Source of the DNA: an uncultured Chloroflexia bacterium
Lineage (GTDB): Bacteria > Chloroflexota > Anaerolineae > JAAYZQ01
Reading direction: 5' to 3'
DNA: 64,000 bases
NCBI GenBank assembly: GCA_963700285.1
Contig: CAVOXA010000010.1
Span: forward strand, 224,001 to 288,000
Under the pieces are notes generated by a model that saw only the letters and a program-made list of their open reading frames with translations, was not told the origin of the DNA and ran no database searches. Position numbers and translations under genes: made by a program. Every line of letters starts with the position of its first letter. Positions within the stretch are counted from its first letter, which is position 1. Shown here piece after piece: positions 8,047 to 17,410 of the stretch.

Positions 8047-8238
8047 TCAACCAAAACGCTTTCTGACCTTCTCCAGTTCTTCTGGCAAGGCTACCCAGGC
8101 TTCGACATAGATGCGCCCGGGCCCAATTTTCTTCTCGCGAATATTCGGGCCGTCATCATAACCGGTTTGCTGGCTTTTGCCCGGAACGTGAAGGATCTCC
8201 TGAGCCTGGCATTTTGGACAAGCTTGCCCGTTTTTCAT
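8047..8238 (-). CDS. Small hypothetical protein with a single CPKC (possibly a degenerate Zn-ribbon protein)
   Basis: MKNGQACPKC...; no second CxxC. Confidence 0.45.
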   Translation of the reverse strand: MKNGQACPKCQAQEILHVPGKSQQTGYDDGPNIREKKIGPGRIYVEAWVALPEELEKVRKRFG

Positions 8239-8267
8239 CGTACGCCCCCATGTTTCGGCTATCGTGG

Positions 8268-9141
8268 TCAAAACCACACCCTCTGAAGTTCCTCCAGTGT
8301 CCCATCCTCGCGCATCTCCAGCAGCACCCGGTTGACCTCCTCGATCAACCGAAAGTCTTCCGGGCGCAGGGGGATGACATAGTCCAGGTCGGCGATGGGC
8401 TCGCCGGCGATGCGCAGGCCCTCGCAGTCACGCAGGTAGGTCAGCGCCGAGATACGGTCCACCACGAGCGGCTTCCACCTCGGCCGACTGCAGCGCGCGG
8501 AGCGCTTCCTCTGCAGTCTCGTAGCGGCGCAGGCCCAGGCCCTGGAGGAACAGTCGCTGGCGGCTGTCACCCTCGGCTACAAAGCCCCATTCGACGCCCA
8601 CTACCCGGCCCGCCAGGTCCTCTACCTCGGTGATATCGAGGGTCTCTTCCGGGAGGACGATGACCATGCCCCCATTAAAGTAGGCCAGGGAATAGGTCAC
8701 ATCCTCGGTCCGCATCGGCTCGTAGGGCAGCGCGGAAAGCACGACGTCGCAGCGCCCGCTCAACAGCGCATCGTACAAACTGTCAAAGCCCACGGTGACA
8801 AGCTTGGCCTGCAAGCCATCCTGCCTATCATCCGTCACCAGCCGGCTGGCCAGGAGCCTGGCCAGATCTATATCAAATCCTTTTAGCCGCCCTGTCTCCA
8901 AGTCGATGGATTCAAAGGGCGGCCAACTGGGATCCGTGCACACGAGCAGCACTCCCGTCTCCTGGATCCGCACCCACACCGGATCGATGGCCTCGGGCAG
9001 CCTCCGCAGCAGAAGCCACGACCCAGCCACGATCAAGACGATAGCAGCCAGCACACCGGCGGCCAGCCAACCCTTCGACAAGTTTCCAAGATCTCTGAGA
9101 GACCTGTGGAATCGTGTAAACCACCCGCCTTGCCGCCTCAC
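8268..9141 (-). CDS. Amino-acid ABC substrate-binding protein (SBP_bac_3), +1 frameshift near 8468
   Basis: DPSWPPFE, GFDIDLA and LLSGRCD in one frame; C-terminal VVDRISA...EDGTLEELQRVWF in another. Confidence 0.8.
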
Positions 9142-10280
9142 GGTCCCTCTCCTCTGGAATAACGCTGTGCAGCGAAATAGATCGGCTTGGGTGTAAAATC
9201 GGTCGTGACAAAAGTGAAATAGTCCTGGTAGGTATTGGCCGGACGAGGGTAGCGAAAGGCCCACAGCACCACGGCCTCGACCCAAGGCCACTCTTCGGAC
9301 GCCTTCTGGTAAGCGCGCTGCGTGTAGGCTGCCCGCTGCGACGGGCCCACCGCCTTGGTCCAGCGAGGATGATCGTTCCAGCCGCCCTCGGTGATATAGA
9401 CGGGCATCTCGGCGTATCCGGCCTCGACCAAGAGCTGGCGGAGCAGCTCCGTACGATTCCAGTTGATCACGGCCGGATCGGCCGGTGCCTCAGGGGACAG
9501 GCGCCAGCCGTAGGCGTGGACCGCCAGCCCGTCCATCACCTCGCCCGCGCCGGCGTCCAGCATCCGGCGCAGGTATTCCAGATCGTTCATACCCTCCGGA
9601 TCGCCCACTGGCGCCAGGGTAGGAGCCAGCGCGCCGCCCAGGACCACGATGTCTGGATCAGCCGCTTTGGCGCGCGGGTATACGGCGCGCAGCATGGCCG
9701 CATAGCTCTCCGGATCCACCGGGCGGTAGCCCCATTCCAGGCTGATGTTGGGCTCGTTCCAGATGACAATGTGGTCCACGCGCCCCTGAAAGTGCTCGAC
9801 AAAGGCCTGGACATAGTCGCCAAAGGCATCGTATCCTTCTTCATCCAGATAGGTAAAGGTCGTCGCTTTCTCCTCGGGATCTGGACGGGCCCACTCAGGC
9901 ACGAAACCCAGGCGGGCAATCACCGTTAGACCCTGGCGGCGGGCATGATCCACCACCAGGTCAGCGTGGGTCCAGTCGTAGCTGCCCGGCGAGGGCTCAT
10001 AGTAGGCCCAGGGAAAGTACTCGACGGTCCAGGTAGCGCCCATCTCGCGCACCATCTCCAGCGTGCGCTTGATCTTCCACGGCTCAACCTCATCGGTCAG
10101 CCGCGTGTGGATGCCCATCTTGGGATCGACGCTGTGCACCCTTTGCTGCGGCCCCAGGGCGACAAGCGGGTAGATCGGCGCCCCCGCCAGGAGCACCACC
10201 AGCCCCAACAGAAGCATCCGCCCTGCCTGGATCCAGCGTCGTCGATTCAATCGCCATGGTCCCCCGACAACCGTTCTCAT
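9138..10280 (-). CDS. Clan GH-A glycoside hydrolase (GH5/GH39-like), membrane-anchored
   Basis: IWNEPN acid/base and ITEGGW nucleophile motifs; N-terminal TM; start uncertain. Confidence 0.8.
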   Translation of the reverse strand: MRTVVGGPWRLNRRRWIQAGRMLLLGLVVLLAGAPIYPLVALGPQQRVHSVDPKMGIHTRLTDEVEPWKIKRTLEMVREMGATWTVEYFPWAYYEPSPGSYDWTHADLVVDHARRQGLTVIARLGFVPEWARPDPEEKATTFTYLDEEGYDAFGDYVQAFVEHFQGRVDHIVIWNEPNISLEWGYRPVDPESYAAMLRAVYPRAKAADPDIVVLGGALAPTLAPVGDPEGMNDLEYLRRMLDAGAGEVMDGLAVHAYGWRLSPEAPADPAVINWNRTELLRQLLVEAGYAEMPVYITEGGWNDHPRWTKAVGPSQRAAYTQRAYQKASEEWPWVEAVVLWAFRYPRPANTYQDYFTFVTTDFTPKPIYFAAQRYSRGEGP

Positions 10281-10337
10281 AACCGCCATTATACCCGCGA
10301 TCGCCCCGGCAGGCAACGACCAGGGCTTCGCCCGCTA

Positions 10338-10461
10338 TGGCTGTTGCAAAGTCGCGCTCGAGATCCTCCCGCAGGTCTGGCCATGTTCTGGTACCCAGCC
10401 GCATGGCAGAATCAGCCAGTAACGGGGCAGAAGTCAGGCCGAACCTGCGGGAGGATCGCCC
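10338..10461. mobile_element. MITE-like element, partial copy
   Basis: Collinear similarity to the reverse complement of 45992-46142; internal GATCCTCCCGCAGG/CCTGCGGGAGGATC inverted repeat. Confidence 0.7.
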
Positions 10462-10699
10462 ACTGCTCCCGCAGGCTCCCCGCGCGAGTGCAACGTGTGC
10501 CTCGTGCAGGAGACCAGTTGGAAAGCGACTCTTTGCCAGACAGCAACCTGCTAGAGGGTCAAGCATGCCCGAAGGGACGCTGTGAGTCAGCCTACAGACG
10601 GGCTGGGGCTGGCCGGTTAAGATCAGCCGAGTGCGGGCTGGCGGGGGGGACATGCCTCGCCGTCCCAGAGTTGTTTGCTCAGCCAAGAAGAGAACAAAC

Positions 10700-10728
10700 T
10701 TGACAAGATCGGTCCACTATGGTACACT
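10700..10728 (+). promoter_or_regulatory. Sigma70 promoter of the csoR-copZA operon
   Basis: TTGACA-17 bp-TACACT with an extended -10 TG. Confidence 0.8.
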
Positions 10729-10735
10729 GCGCCCC

Positions 10736-10759
10736 ACCCCACCCCCTAGGGGGTGGGGT
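10736..10759. promoter_or_regulatory. Putative CsoR operator
   Basis: Perfect 24-bp palindrome ACCCCACCCCCTAGGGGGTGGGGT between the -10 and the csoR RBS; C/G tracts are typical of CsoR operators. Confidence 0.75.
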
Positions 10760-10779
10760 ATCTTGAGGGAGTGCGGGAA

Positions 10780-11058
10780 ATGGCCGAGGAGTACAAACAG
10801 GCAATTATCAACCGGTTGAAGAGTATCGAGGGGCATGCGCGCGGTATCCAGCGTATGATAGACGAGGATGCCTATTGCATCGACATCATCAACCAGAACT
10901 TGGCCGTACAGCGGGCACTGGAAAAGGTCAATAGCTTGATCCTAGAGCGCCACCTCCAGACCTGCGTGACCACGGCCCTCCGCAGCGATGACCCGGCGGA
11001 AAGGGAGAGGGTCATCACCGAGATCATGAATGTATTTGAGACGACAGGCAAGTTGTAA
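10780..11058 (+). CDS. csoR: Copper-sensing repressor CsoR
   Basis: RLKSIEGHARGIQRMI..DAYCIDI...HLQTCV (C-H-C metal site). Confidence 0.9.
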   Translation: MAEEYKQAIINRLKSIEGHARGIQRMIDEDAYCIDIINQNLAVQRALEKVNSLILERHLQTCVTTALRSDDPAERERVITEIMNVFETTGKL

Positions 11059-11136
11059 AGACATTTTTCCAGTTTCGTGTTGCGTGATTGCCACCTCATG
11101 GTGCACGTAACACGCAACGTGACTGAGGAGGTCCAG

Positions 11137-11340
11137 ATGAAGACGATTACCTTGAGTATTCCCAATATTAGCTGCAACCACTGCGTGATGACGGTTAAGC
11201 GCGAGGCCGGCTTTGTGGATGGCGCCGAGTTCCTGAGCGGTGATGTGGAAGCCAAAACCGCCACGTTCCAGGTCGCGAGCGACGAGGCGCTGACCACCCT
11301 CAAGTCGACGCTGGCCGAGGCCGGATATCCGGCAGACTAG
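11137..11340 (+). CDS. copZ: Copper chaperone CopZ (HMA domain)
   Basis: ISCNHC motif; GAGGAGG RBS. Confidence 0.85.
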   Translation: MKTITLSIPNISCNHCVMTVKREAGFVDGAEFLSGDVEAKTATFQVASDEALTTLKSTLAEAGYPAD

Positions 11341-11456
11341 CGGACGAACTGGAAAGAGGTAGATCCGGGGGCCGGGAACCACCGCACCAGCACACTTGCC
11401 CGCAACTACCCAACTTATCAGAGTACCAATAACCGATCTATCACCATCCCGAGGCC

Positions 11457-13955
11457 ATGTCGACCAAACAAGTAACCCTGCCCGTCACGGGCATGACCTG
11501 CGCCAACTGCTCGCTGAACGTAGAGCGCAACCTGAAGCGCTTGGACGGCGTTGAAACGGCCACAGTAAACCTGGCCACCGAGAGAGCATCAGTCACCTAT
11601 GATCCCTCGGTCGTCGGTGAGGGCCAATTTCTTGCCCTCATCCGCGACATCGGGTATGATGTGGCGACGGCCAAGGCAGAACTACCCATAACGGGTATGA
11701 CCTGCGCGAATTGCTCCATGACGGTAGAGAGAACACTGAACCGCCTCGATGGGGTCGTGTCGGCCAACGTCAACCTGGCCAGCGAGCGGGCCAGCGTGGA
11801 ATACCTGCCCGGCGCCATCAGTCTGGCGGCCATCCAGCAGGCGATCCGGGACGTGGGTTACGATGTGATCATCACAGGGGAGGGCGAGGCGGCCGAAGAC
11901 GTAGAGCGCGCCGCCCGCGAGGCCGAGATCCGCGACCAGACCCGAAAGTTCTGGGTGGGCGCAGCCTTCACCTTGCCGCTCTTTTTGCTGAGCATGGGGC
12001 GCGATTTTGGCCTCCTGGGCGCGTGGGCCTACGCGCCATGGGTCAACTGGCTCTTCCTGGTCCTGGCCACGCCCGTCCAGTTCTACGTCGGCGGTGACTA
12101 TTACGTAGGCGCCTACAAGAGCTTGCGGTCCGGGTCAGCCAACATGGACGTATTGGTGGCCATGGGCTCATCGGCCGCGTACTTTTACAGTCTGGCCGTG
12201 TTGCTGTTCCCCGGCCTGGGTGGCCACGTCTATTTCGAGACGTCGGCCATGATCATCACCCTCATCAAGCTGGGCAAGGTGCTCGAGGCTCGGGCCAAGG
12301 GCCGCACCTCCGAGGCCATCAAAAAGCTCATGGGGTTGCGCCCCAAGACAGCGCACGTGCTTCGAGACGGCTCTGAAGTAGAAATCCCCATCGAGTCCGT
12401 GGCACTGGCCGATGTGGTGGTGGTACGCCCCGGCGAGCGGCTGCCGGTGGATGGCGTCGTCATCGATGGCCGTTCAGCGGTCGATGAGTCGATGCTCACC
12501 GGCGAGAGCTTGCCTGTGGACAAGGGACCGGGTGATGAGGTCGTGGGCGGGACGATCAACAAGCAGGGATTGCTCAGATTTGAGGCCACCCGCGTGGGCG
12601 CTCAGACAGCATTGGCCCAGATCATCCGCCTTGTCGAAGAGGCCCAGGGGTCCAAAGCACCCATCCAAAGGCTGACCGATCGCGTCTCGGCGGTCTTTGT
12701 ACCAGCAGTCATCCTCATCGCCGCGCTCACTTTCCTGGCCTGGTTCTTTATCGGCGACGTGGGTTTCACCCAGAGCATGATCTTTATGGTTTCTGTGCTG
12801 GTCATTGCCTGCCCCTGCGCCCTGGGTCTGGCCACGCCCACGGCCATCATGGTCGGCACCGGCAAGGGTGCAGAGCACGGCATCTTGTTCAAGAACAGCG
12901 AGGCCCTGGAGCGAGCCCACGAACTCACGACGGTTGTCCTGGACAAGACCGGCACGATCACCAAGGGTGAGCCATCCATGACCGATGTGGTGCCGATAAA
13001 CGGCAAAGATCTGGCCATTGGCTCATTGACCGGTTCCTCCTTGCTCCGCTTGGCAGCGTCTGCGGAGAGGGGTTCCGAGCACCCCCTGGGCCAGGCAATC
13101 GTCCGGGGCGCGGTGGAAGAGGGCCTGGAACTGGCCGAACCAAACGGGTTTGAGGCGGTGGTAGGTCAGGGTATCATAGCGACCGTGGAGGGCCGGCAGG
13201 TGCTGGTGGGCTCGCCGAGGCTGTTGGAAGAACGCCGCGTGGCACTCAACAGGCTAGTGGCACCCTTGGCGCGGTTGGAGGCTGAGGCCAAGACGGCGAT
13301 GCTCGTGGCCGTGGACGGCGATGCGGTGGGCATCATCGCTGTGGCCGATACCATCAAAGAGGGCTCCGCCGAGGCGATCCGGCAGATGCAAGCCCTGGGT
13401 CTAGAAGTGGTCATGATCACCGGCGACAACCAGCGCACAGCCGAGGCCATTGTCCGACAGCTTGTCCCGAGCAACGTCGAAGGGCTTGCCCTTGGCGGAC
13501 GAGAAGGGGCAGGCATCAGCCGTGTGGTCGCCCAGGTGCTGCCCGGTGAGAAGGTGGATCAGGTGAAAGCCCTGCAAGCGGACACGGATGCCACAATCGG
13601 CATGGTCGGCGATGGCATCAACGATGCCCCAGCCCTGGCCCAGGCGGACGTAGGCATTGCCATCGGCACCGGCACGGACGTCGCCATGGCCGCCGCCGAT
13701 GTGACGCTCATGAGCGGCGACCTGCGCGGGGTGCCGCGGGCCATTGCCCTCAGCCGGGCGACCATGCGAACCATCAAGCAGAACCTATTCTGGGCCTTGT
13801 TTTACAACGTGATCCTGATTCCGCTGGCGGCAGGGGTCTTTTATCCATCGCTGGGAATTCACCTGCACCCTGTTCTGGCTGCCGCGGCGATGGCCTTTAG
13901 CAGCATTTTCGTCGTTACCAACTCTCTGCGACTGCGCAGGGTGAAGCTAATTTGA
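11457..13955 (+). CDS. copA: Cu(I)-translocating P1B-type ATPase
   Basis: Two GMTCANC domains, [26 protein letters not shown] and MAFSS motifs. Confidence 0.95.
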   Translation: MSTKQVTLPVTGMTCANCSLNVERNLKRLDGVETATVNLATERASVTYDPSVVGEGQFLALIRDIGYDVATAKAELPITGMTCANCSMTVERTLNRLDGVVSANVNLASERASVEYLPGAISLAAIQQAIRDVGYDVIITGEGEAAEDVERAAREAEIRDQTRKFWVGAAFTLPLFLLSMGRDFGLLGAWAYAPWVNWLFLVLATPVQFYVGGDYYVGAYKSLRSGSANMDVLVAMGSSAAYFYSLAVLLFPGLGGHVYFETSAMIITLIKLGKVLEARAKGRTSEAIKKLMGLRPKTAHVLRDGSEVEIPIESVALADVVVVRPGERLPVDGVVIDGRSAVDESMLTGESLPVDKGPGDEVVGGTINKQGLLRFEATRVGAQTALAQIIRLVEEAQGSKAPIQRLTDRVSAVFVPAVILIAALTFLAWFFIGDVGFTQSMIFMVSVLVIACPCALGLATPTAIMVGTGKGAEHGILFKNSEALERAHELTTVVLDKTGTITKGEPSMTDVVPINGKDLAIGSLTGSSLLRLAASAERGSEHPLGQAIVRGAVEEGLELAEPNGFEAVVGQGIIATVEGRQVLVGSPRLLEERRVALNRLVAPLARLEAEAKTAMLVAVDGDAVGIIAVADTIKEGSAEAIRQMQALGLEVVMITGDNQRTAEAIVRQLVPSNVEGLALGGREGAGISRVVAQVLPGEKVDQVKALQADTDATIGMVGDGINDAPALAQADVGIAIGTGTDVAMAAADVTLMSGDLRGVPRAIALSRATMRTIKQNLFWALFYNVILIPLAAGVFYPSLGIHLHPVLAAAAMAFSSIFVVTNSLRLRRVKLI

Positions 13956-14026
13956 GATTCCAGATGTTGGATTGTAGATGAAATAGTATTCTCCAATCGA
14001 GAATCAAAAATCCAGAATCGAAAGGT

Positions 14027-15886
14027 ATGGGTATGAGATTGAAGTATGGCTGGTTGATCGTACTGGTGGTCGTCGCATTGTTGACAGCAGCCTGCGGGCC
14101 GCAGGAAGATGTGCCAACGTTGGGCGAACAGGCCACCGCCGAGCAGTCAGAGGCTGCTGGGGTTGGTGAAACCCCCAAAGCAGCCGCTGCGGAGGATCCG
14201 ACAGCGGAACCCGCCGAAAGCTCGGCATCTGCCGCAGAGCTGCCCGTCGATGAGGGTGACTGGCATGTACTGGGCTCGCCGGACGCGCCCATCACCATTG
14301 TCGAGTACTCGGACTTTCAGTGACCGTTCTGTGCCAGTTACGTCCGTGAGACGTTCCCACAGATACTAGAGTCCTACATCGGCAGCGGTGATGTCCGCTA
14401 CGTATTCCGCAATTTTCCGCTATTCTCCATCCATCCCCAGGCTGCAAAGGCCGCCGAAGCAGCCGAGTGCGCCGGTGAGCAAGGGGCATTCTGGGAGATG
14501 CATGACGTACTCTTTGATGGCCAGGACCAATGGTCCGGCAGTCCAGATGCAGAAGATGTCTTCAAAGGGATGGCGAACGGCCTGGATTTGGACCAGGCCC
14601 AGTTTGATGCCTGTCTGGACGAGGGCAATTATGCCGACAAGGTGATCGCTGACTACCAGGAGGGCGCTGCCCTGGGTATCACCGGCACACCGGCCTTCCG
14701 AGTCAATGGCGCGGCCATGTCGGGAGCCCAGCCCTTCTCCGCATTCCAGCAGCAGATCGACTATTTTCTGGCGGGAGGTGAAGCTCCCAGCCTGGAGGTG
14801 GACTCTGACAGCTATCGCAGCATGGGACGGGCGGACGCGCCGGTGGTAGTCACCGAATTCTCGGACTACCAGTGACCGGCCTGTTCATCGATCGCCCGTG
14901 AGGTGATCCCAGACCTTATCGAACAGTATGTCGATACCGGCAAAGCTCGTTACGTATACCGCGAGTTTCCATTGACTTCCATCCACCCTGTCGCGCAAAA
15001 AGCGTCGGAGGCGGCCATATGCGCCGGCCAGCAGGGAAAGTATTGGGAGATGAACGAGCACCTTTTTGCCACCCAGGCAGAGTGGTCACAGGCAGCCGAT
15101 CCGGCCCAGCAATTCAGCACCTATGCCACAGAATTGGAATTGGATACCGATGCCTTTGACGAGTGCCTGGCTTCCGGCGAGGGAGCAATCGTAGTCCAGG
15201 GGGACCTGCTGACCGGCGAATCGCTGGGTGTGAACGCCACCCCCTACTTTTTTATCAATGACATGCCCATCCGTGGCGGCCTGCCCATTGAGGCGCTAGG
15301 CCGCATCATCGACTATGCGGCCGCAGGCGGTCCCCCACCCGAGATTGTGCCCAGCGGTCCCGACTGGCACATGCGAGGAAACCCGCAAACGGCGGGGGCC
15401 ATCACCGTGGCCTTTGTGGACTATGCCAGCCCCGAGTCGGCAGAACACGCCACAGAGGTATTGCCACAGTTGGTGGAAGAGTACATCGACAGCGGCCAGT
15501 TGGTCTATGTCCTGCATCCCTGGACAGAGGGAGAGGACAGCCCTGGTACCCTGGCAGCCATCGCCGCCGAGTGCGCAGGCCAGCAGGACAAGGGTTGGGA
15601 GATGCATGACAAGATCTTGGCCGATCAGGAGGCATGGACCACAGCCAGCGATCCAGGCTCTCACTTTGCTGACTATGCCAAAGCGCTGGATGTGGACTCG
15701 GCCGGGTTCGAGGCTTGCCTGGAATCAGCAGGGGCCAAGCTGCGGGCGCAGGCCGGAAGCGTGGTCGGTGCGCTCTATGGCGTGCCAGGCGCACCTATCT
15801 TTCTATTCAACAATGGCCAGGGGCAAGAGGGATCACCCAGCTTTGACGAGTTCAAAGCCGTGATCGACTCGATTCTCGGCCCTTAG
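14027..15886 (+). CDS. Triple DsbA/thioredoxin-domain lipoprotein; predicted selenoprotein with two Sec (UPFC at codon 99, UPAC at codon 283)
   Basis: Three same-frame ORF pieces join at TGA 14321-14323 (EYSDFQ*PFC) and TGA 14873-14875 (EFSDYQ*PAC); lipobox LTAAC; cis-Pro motifs GTP, ATP, GAP. Confidence 0.88.
14329..14362 (+). promoter_or_regulatory. Candidate bacterial SECIS element 1
   Basis: ACGTC-CGTGA-GACGT apical hairpin plus a lower CTGTG/CACAG stem; the loop starts 22 nt after the UGA. Confidence 0.7.
14890..14908 (+). promoter_or_regulatory. Candidate bacterial SECIS element 2
   Basis: GATCGCC-CGTGA-GGTGATC hairpin; same loop and same distance from the UGA as element 1. Confidence 0.7.
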
Positions 15887-15980
15887 CGACAAATATCTCA
15901 GGCCTCCAGAGTTGCAAACACAGGCTGTACCGGTGGTGGTACTGTGGGGGCCTGGGCTGAAACCACAACGGCGCAGGAAC

Positions 15981-16943
15981 ATGAAAAAACTCTTGTTAAC
16001 ATTGGCTTTCTGCCTTACGGTCCTGACCATGCCTGGCCTGGCCCAGGACACACAACCGGCTTCGGGAGATACGCCCACGCTGGCGGACCTCCAGGTTGCC
16101 CTCTGGCCAGAATATGACCGGCCCGAAGTACTTGTGATCTACCGGGGTCTGTTCGCGCCTGATACCGCCTTGCCGGTTCCGGTGGAGATCCGTATTCCAG
16201 CCAGCGTTGGCCAGCCTACGGCTGTCGCCTACGTAGACGAGGCAGGGCAGCGGTTCAACCAGCAGCATACAACCCGCATCGAGGACGATCAACTGGTGGT
16301 GTCTTTTGAATTGCCCACGCTGGGCTTTCAGCTTGAATACTATGATGATCTGCGGATGGACTCGACAGGGGTGCGCGAATACACCTATTCCCATACGGCA
16401 GACTATCCTACCACGGCGCTGAATCTGGAGTTTCAGGTACCCCCTACGGCAGAGGCGTTCACGCTGGATCCTCCTGCTGACTCTGTGGGCCCAGAGGGCG
16501 ACGGCTTGACCTATCACCTGGTCCGCAAAGGTCCAGTGGCAGAGGGCGGCACTGAGGAGTGGACCCTTGTCTATCAGAAGGGTGATGACGAACTGACAGC
16601 CTCGGGCTTTGTCCAGGCTCCAACGCCGGTCGCTGCTGCACCGCCAGCAACAGGAGGCAGCGACAACACGACCGTTCTGATCTTCCTGGTGGCCTTTGTG
16701 GCCCTCGTCGGAGTCGGGGCAGGCGCGTTCTGGCTGGGCCGGCGGACTCTGTCCACCCCAGAGACGGTACCACCACCCGAACGACACAAGAGACGAGGTA
16801 GTGGGCAGGGTTCTCCACCCCCGCCGCAGCGGCTCTCCTTGTCCGCCCTGGAAGAGACGCCATTCTGCTACCAGTGTGGTACACAAGTGCGGCATGATGC
16901 CGAGTTCTGTCACAAGTGCGGCGCTGAGGTACGCAGAGGGTAA
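15981..16943 (+). CDS. Secreted/membrane protein with C-terminal TM and Zn-ribbon (ccm-associated)
   Basis: Signal peptide, LWPEYD motif, TM, CYQC...CHKC. Confidence 0.8.
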   Translation: MKKLLLTLAFCLTVLTMPGLAQDTQPASGDTPTLADLQVALWPEYDRPEVLVIYRGLFAPDTALPVPVEIRIPASVGQPTAVAYVDEAGQRFNQQHTTRIEDDQLVVSFELPTLGFQLEYYDDLRMDSTGVREYTYSHTADYPTTALNLEFQVPPTAEAFTLDPPADSVGPEGDGLTYHLVRKGPVAEGGTEEWTLVYQKGDDELTASGFVQAPTPVAAAPPATGGSDNTTVLIFLVAFVALVGVGAGAFWLGRRTLSTPETVPPPERHKRRGSGQGSPPPPQRLSLSALEETPFCYQCGTQVRHDAEFCHKCGAEVRRG

Positions 16944-16984
16944 GCTTATTTGTTCATGGGTATCTTTCGAGTGAGGAGGTAACT

Positions 16985-17374
16985 ATGTCTTCGACTATGA
17001 AATTCATCATCGGTGGCGTTGTCGTCGTGGTCGTCATCGGCATCCTGATCGCCACCAGCTTCTCCGGTTCCACCAGCGACTATCTGACCATTGCCGAGGT
17101 CAAAGCCCTGGGCCCGGATCAGGCACGCGATTCGCGCGTGACCGGCGCCATCGTCGCCAATTCGGTCGAGTGGAGCACCCGCGACCTGCACCTGACTTTC
17201 GCCATTGAGGATGAGACAGGCACGCTGCCCGTATCTTACCACGGTCCCCAACCCGACATGCTGGTGGATGCCGTGGAGGCGGTAGCCGTTGGCAAGTATG
17301 ATCCTGCAGCCGGGGCCTTTGAGGCTGAAGAGTTGCTGATGAAATGCCCCTCCAAGTATGAGGAGAAGGAATAG
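16985..17374 (+). CDS. ccmE: Heme chaperone CcmE, CxxxY variant
   Basis: N-terminal TM, Y.G..PD, LLMKCPSKY. Confidence 0.9.
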   Translation: MSSTMKFIIGGVVVVVVIGILIATSFSGSTSDYLTIAEVKALGPDQARDSRVTGAIVANSVEWSTRDLHLTFAIEDETGTLPVSYHGPQPDMLVDAVEAVAVGKYDPAAGAFEAEELLMKCPSKYEEKE

Positions 17375-17410
17375 GCAGCTGGACTAGAAACTCGGAGGGG
17401 GCGAACGCTA

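Noticed and set aside
13956-14022. Degenerate AATC(C/G)A(A/G)A heptamers after copA as a regulatory array
   Set aside because: They are short, irregular, low-complexity inverted repeats with no supportable function beyond a possible weak hairpin.
14027-15886. DsbA pseudogene, three separate genes, or a UGA=Trp/Gly genetic code
   Set aside because: Both stops sit at the catalytic Cys position with matching hairpins, and many other genes here end normally in TGA.
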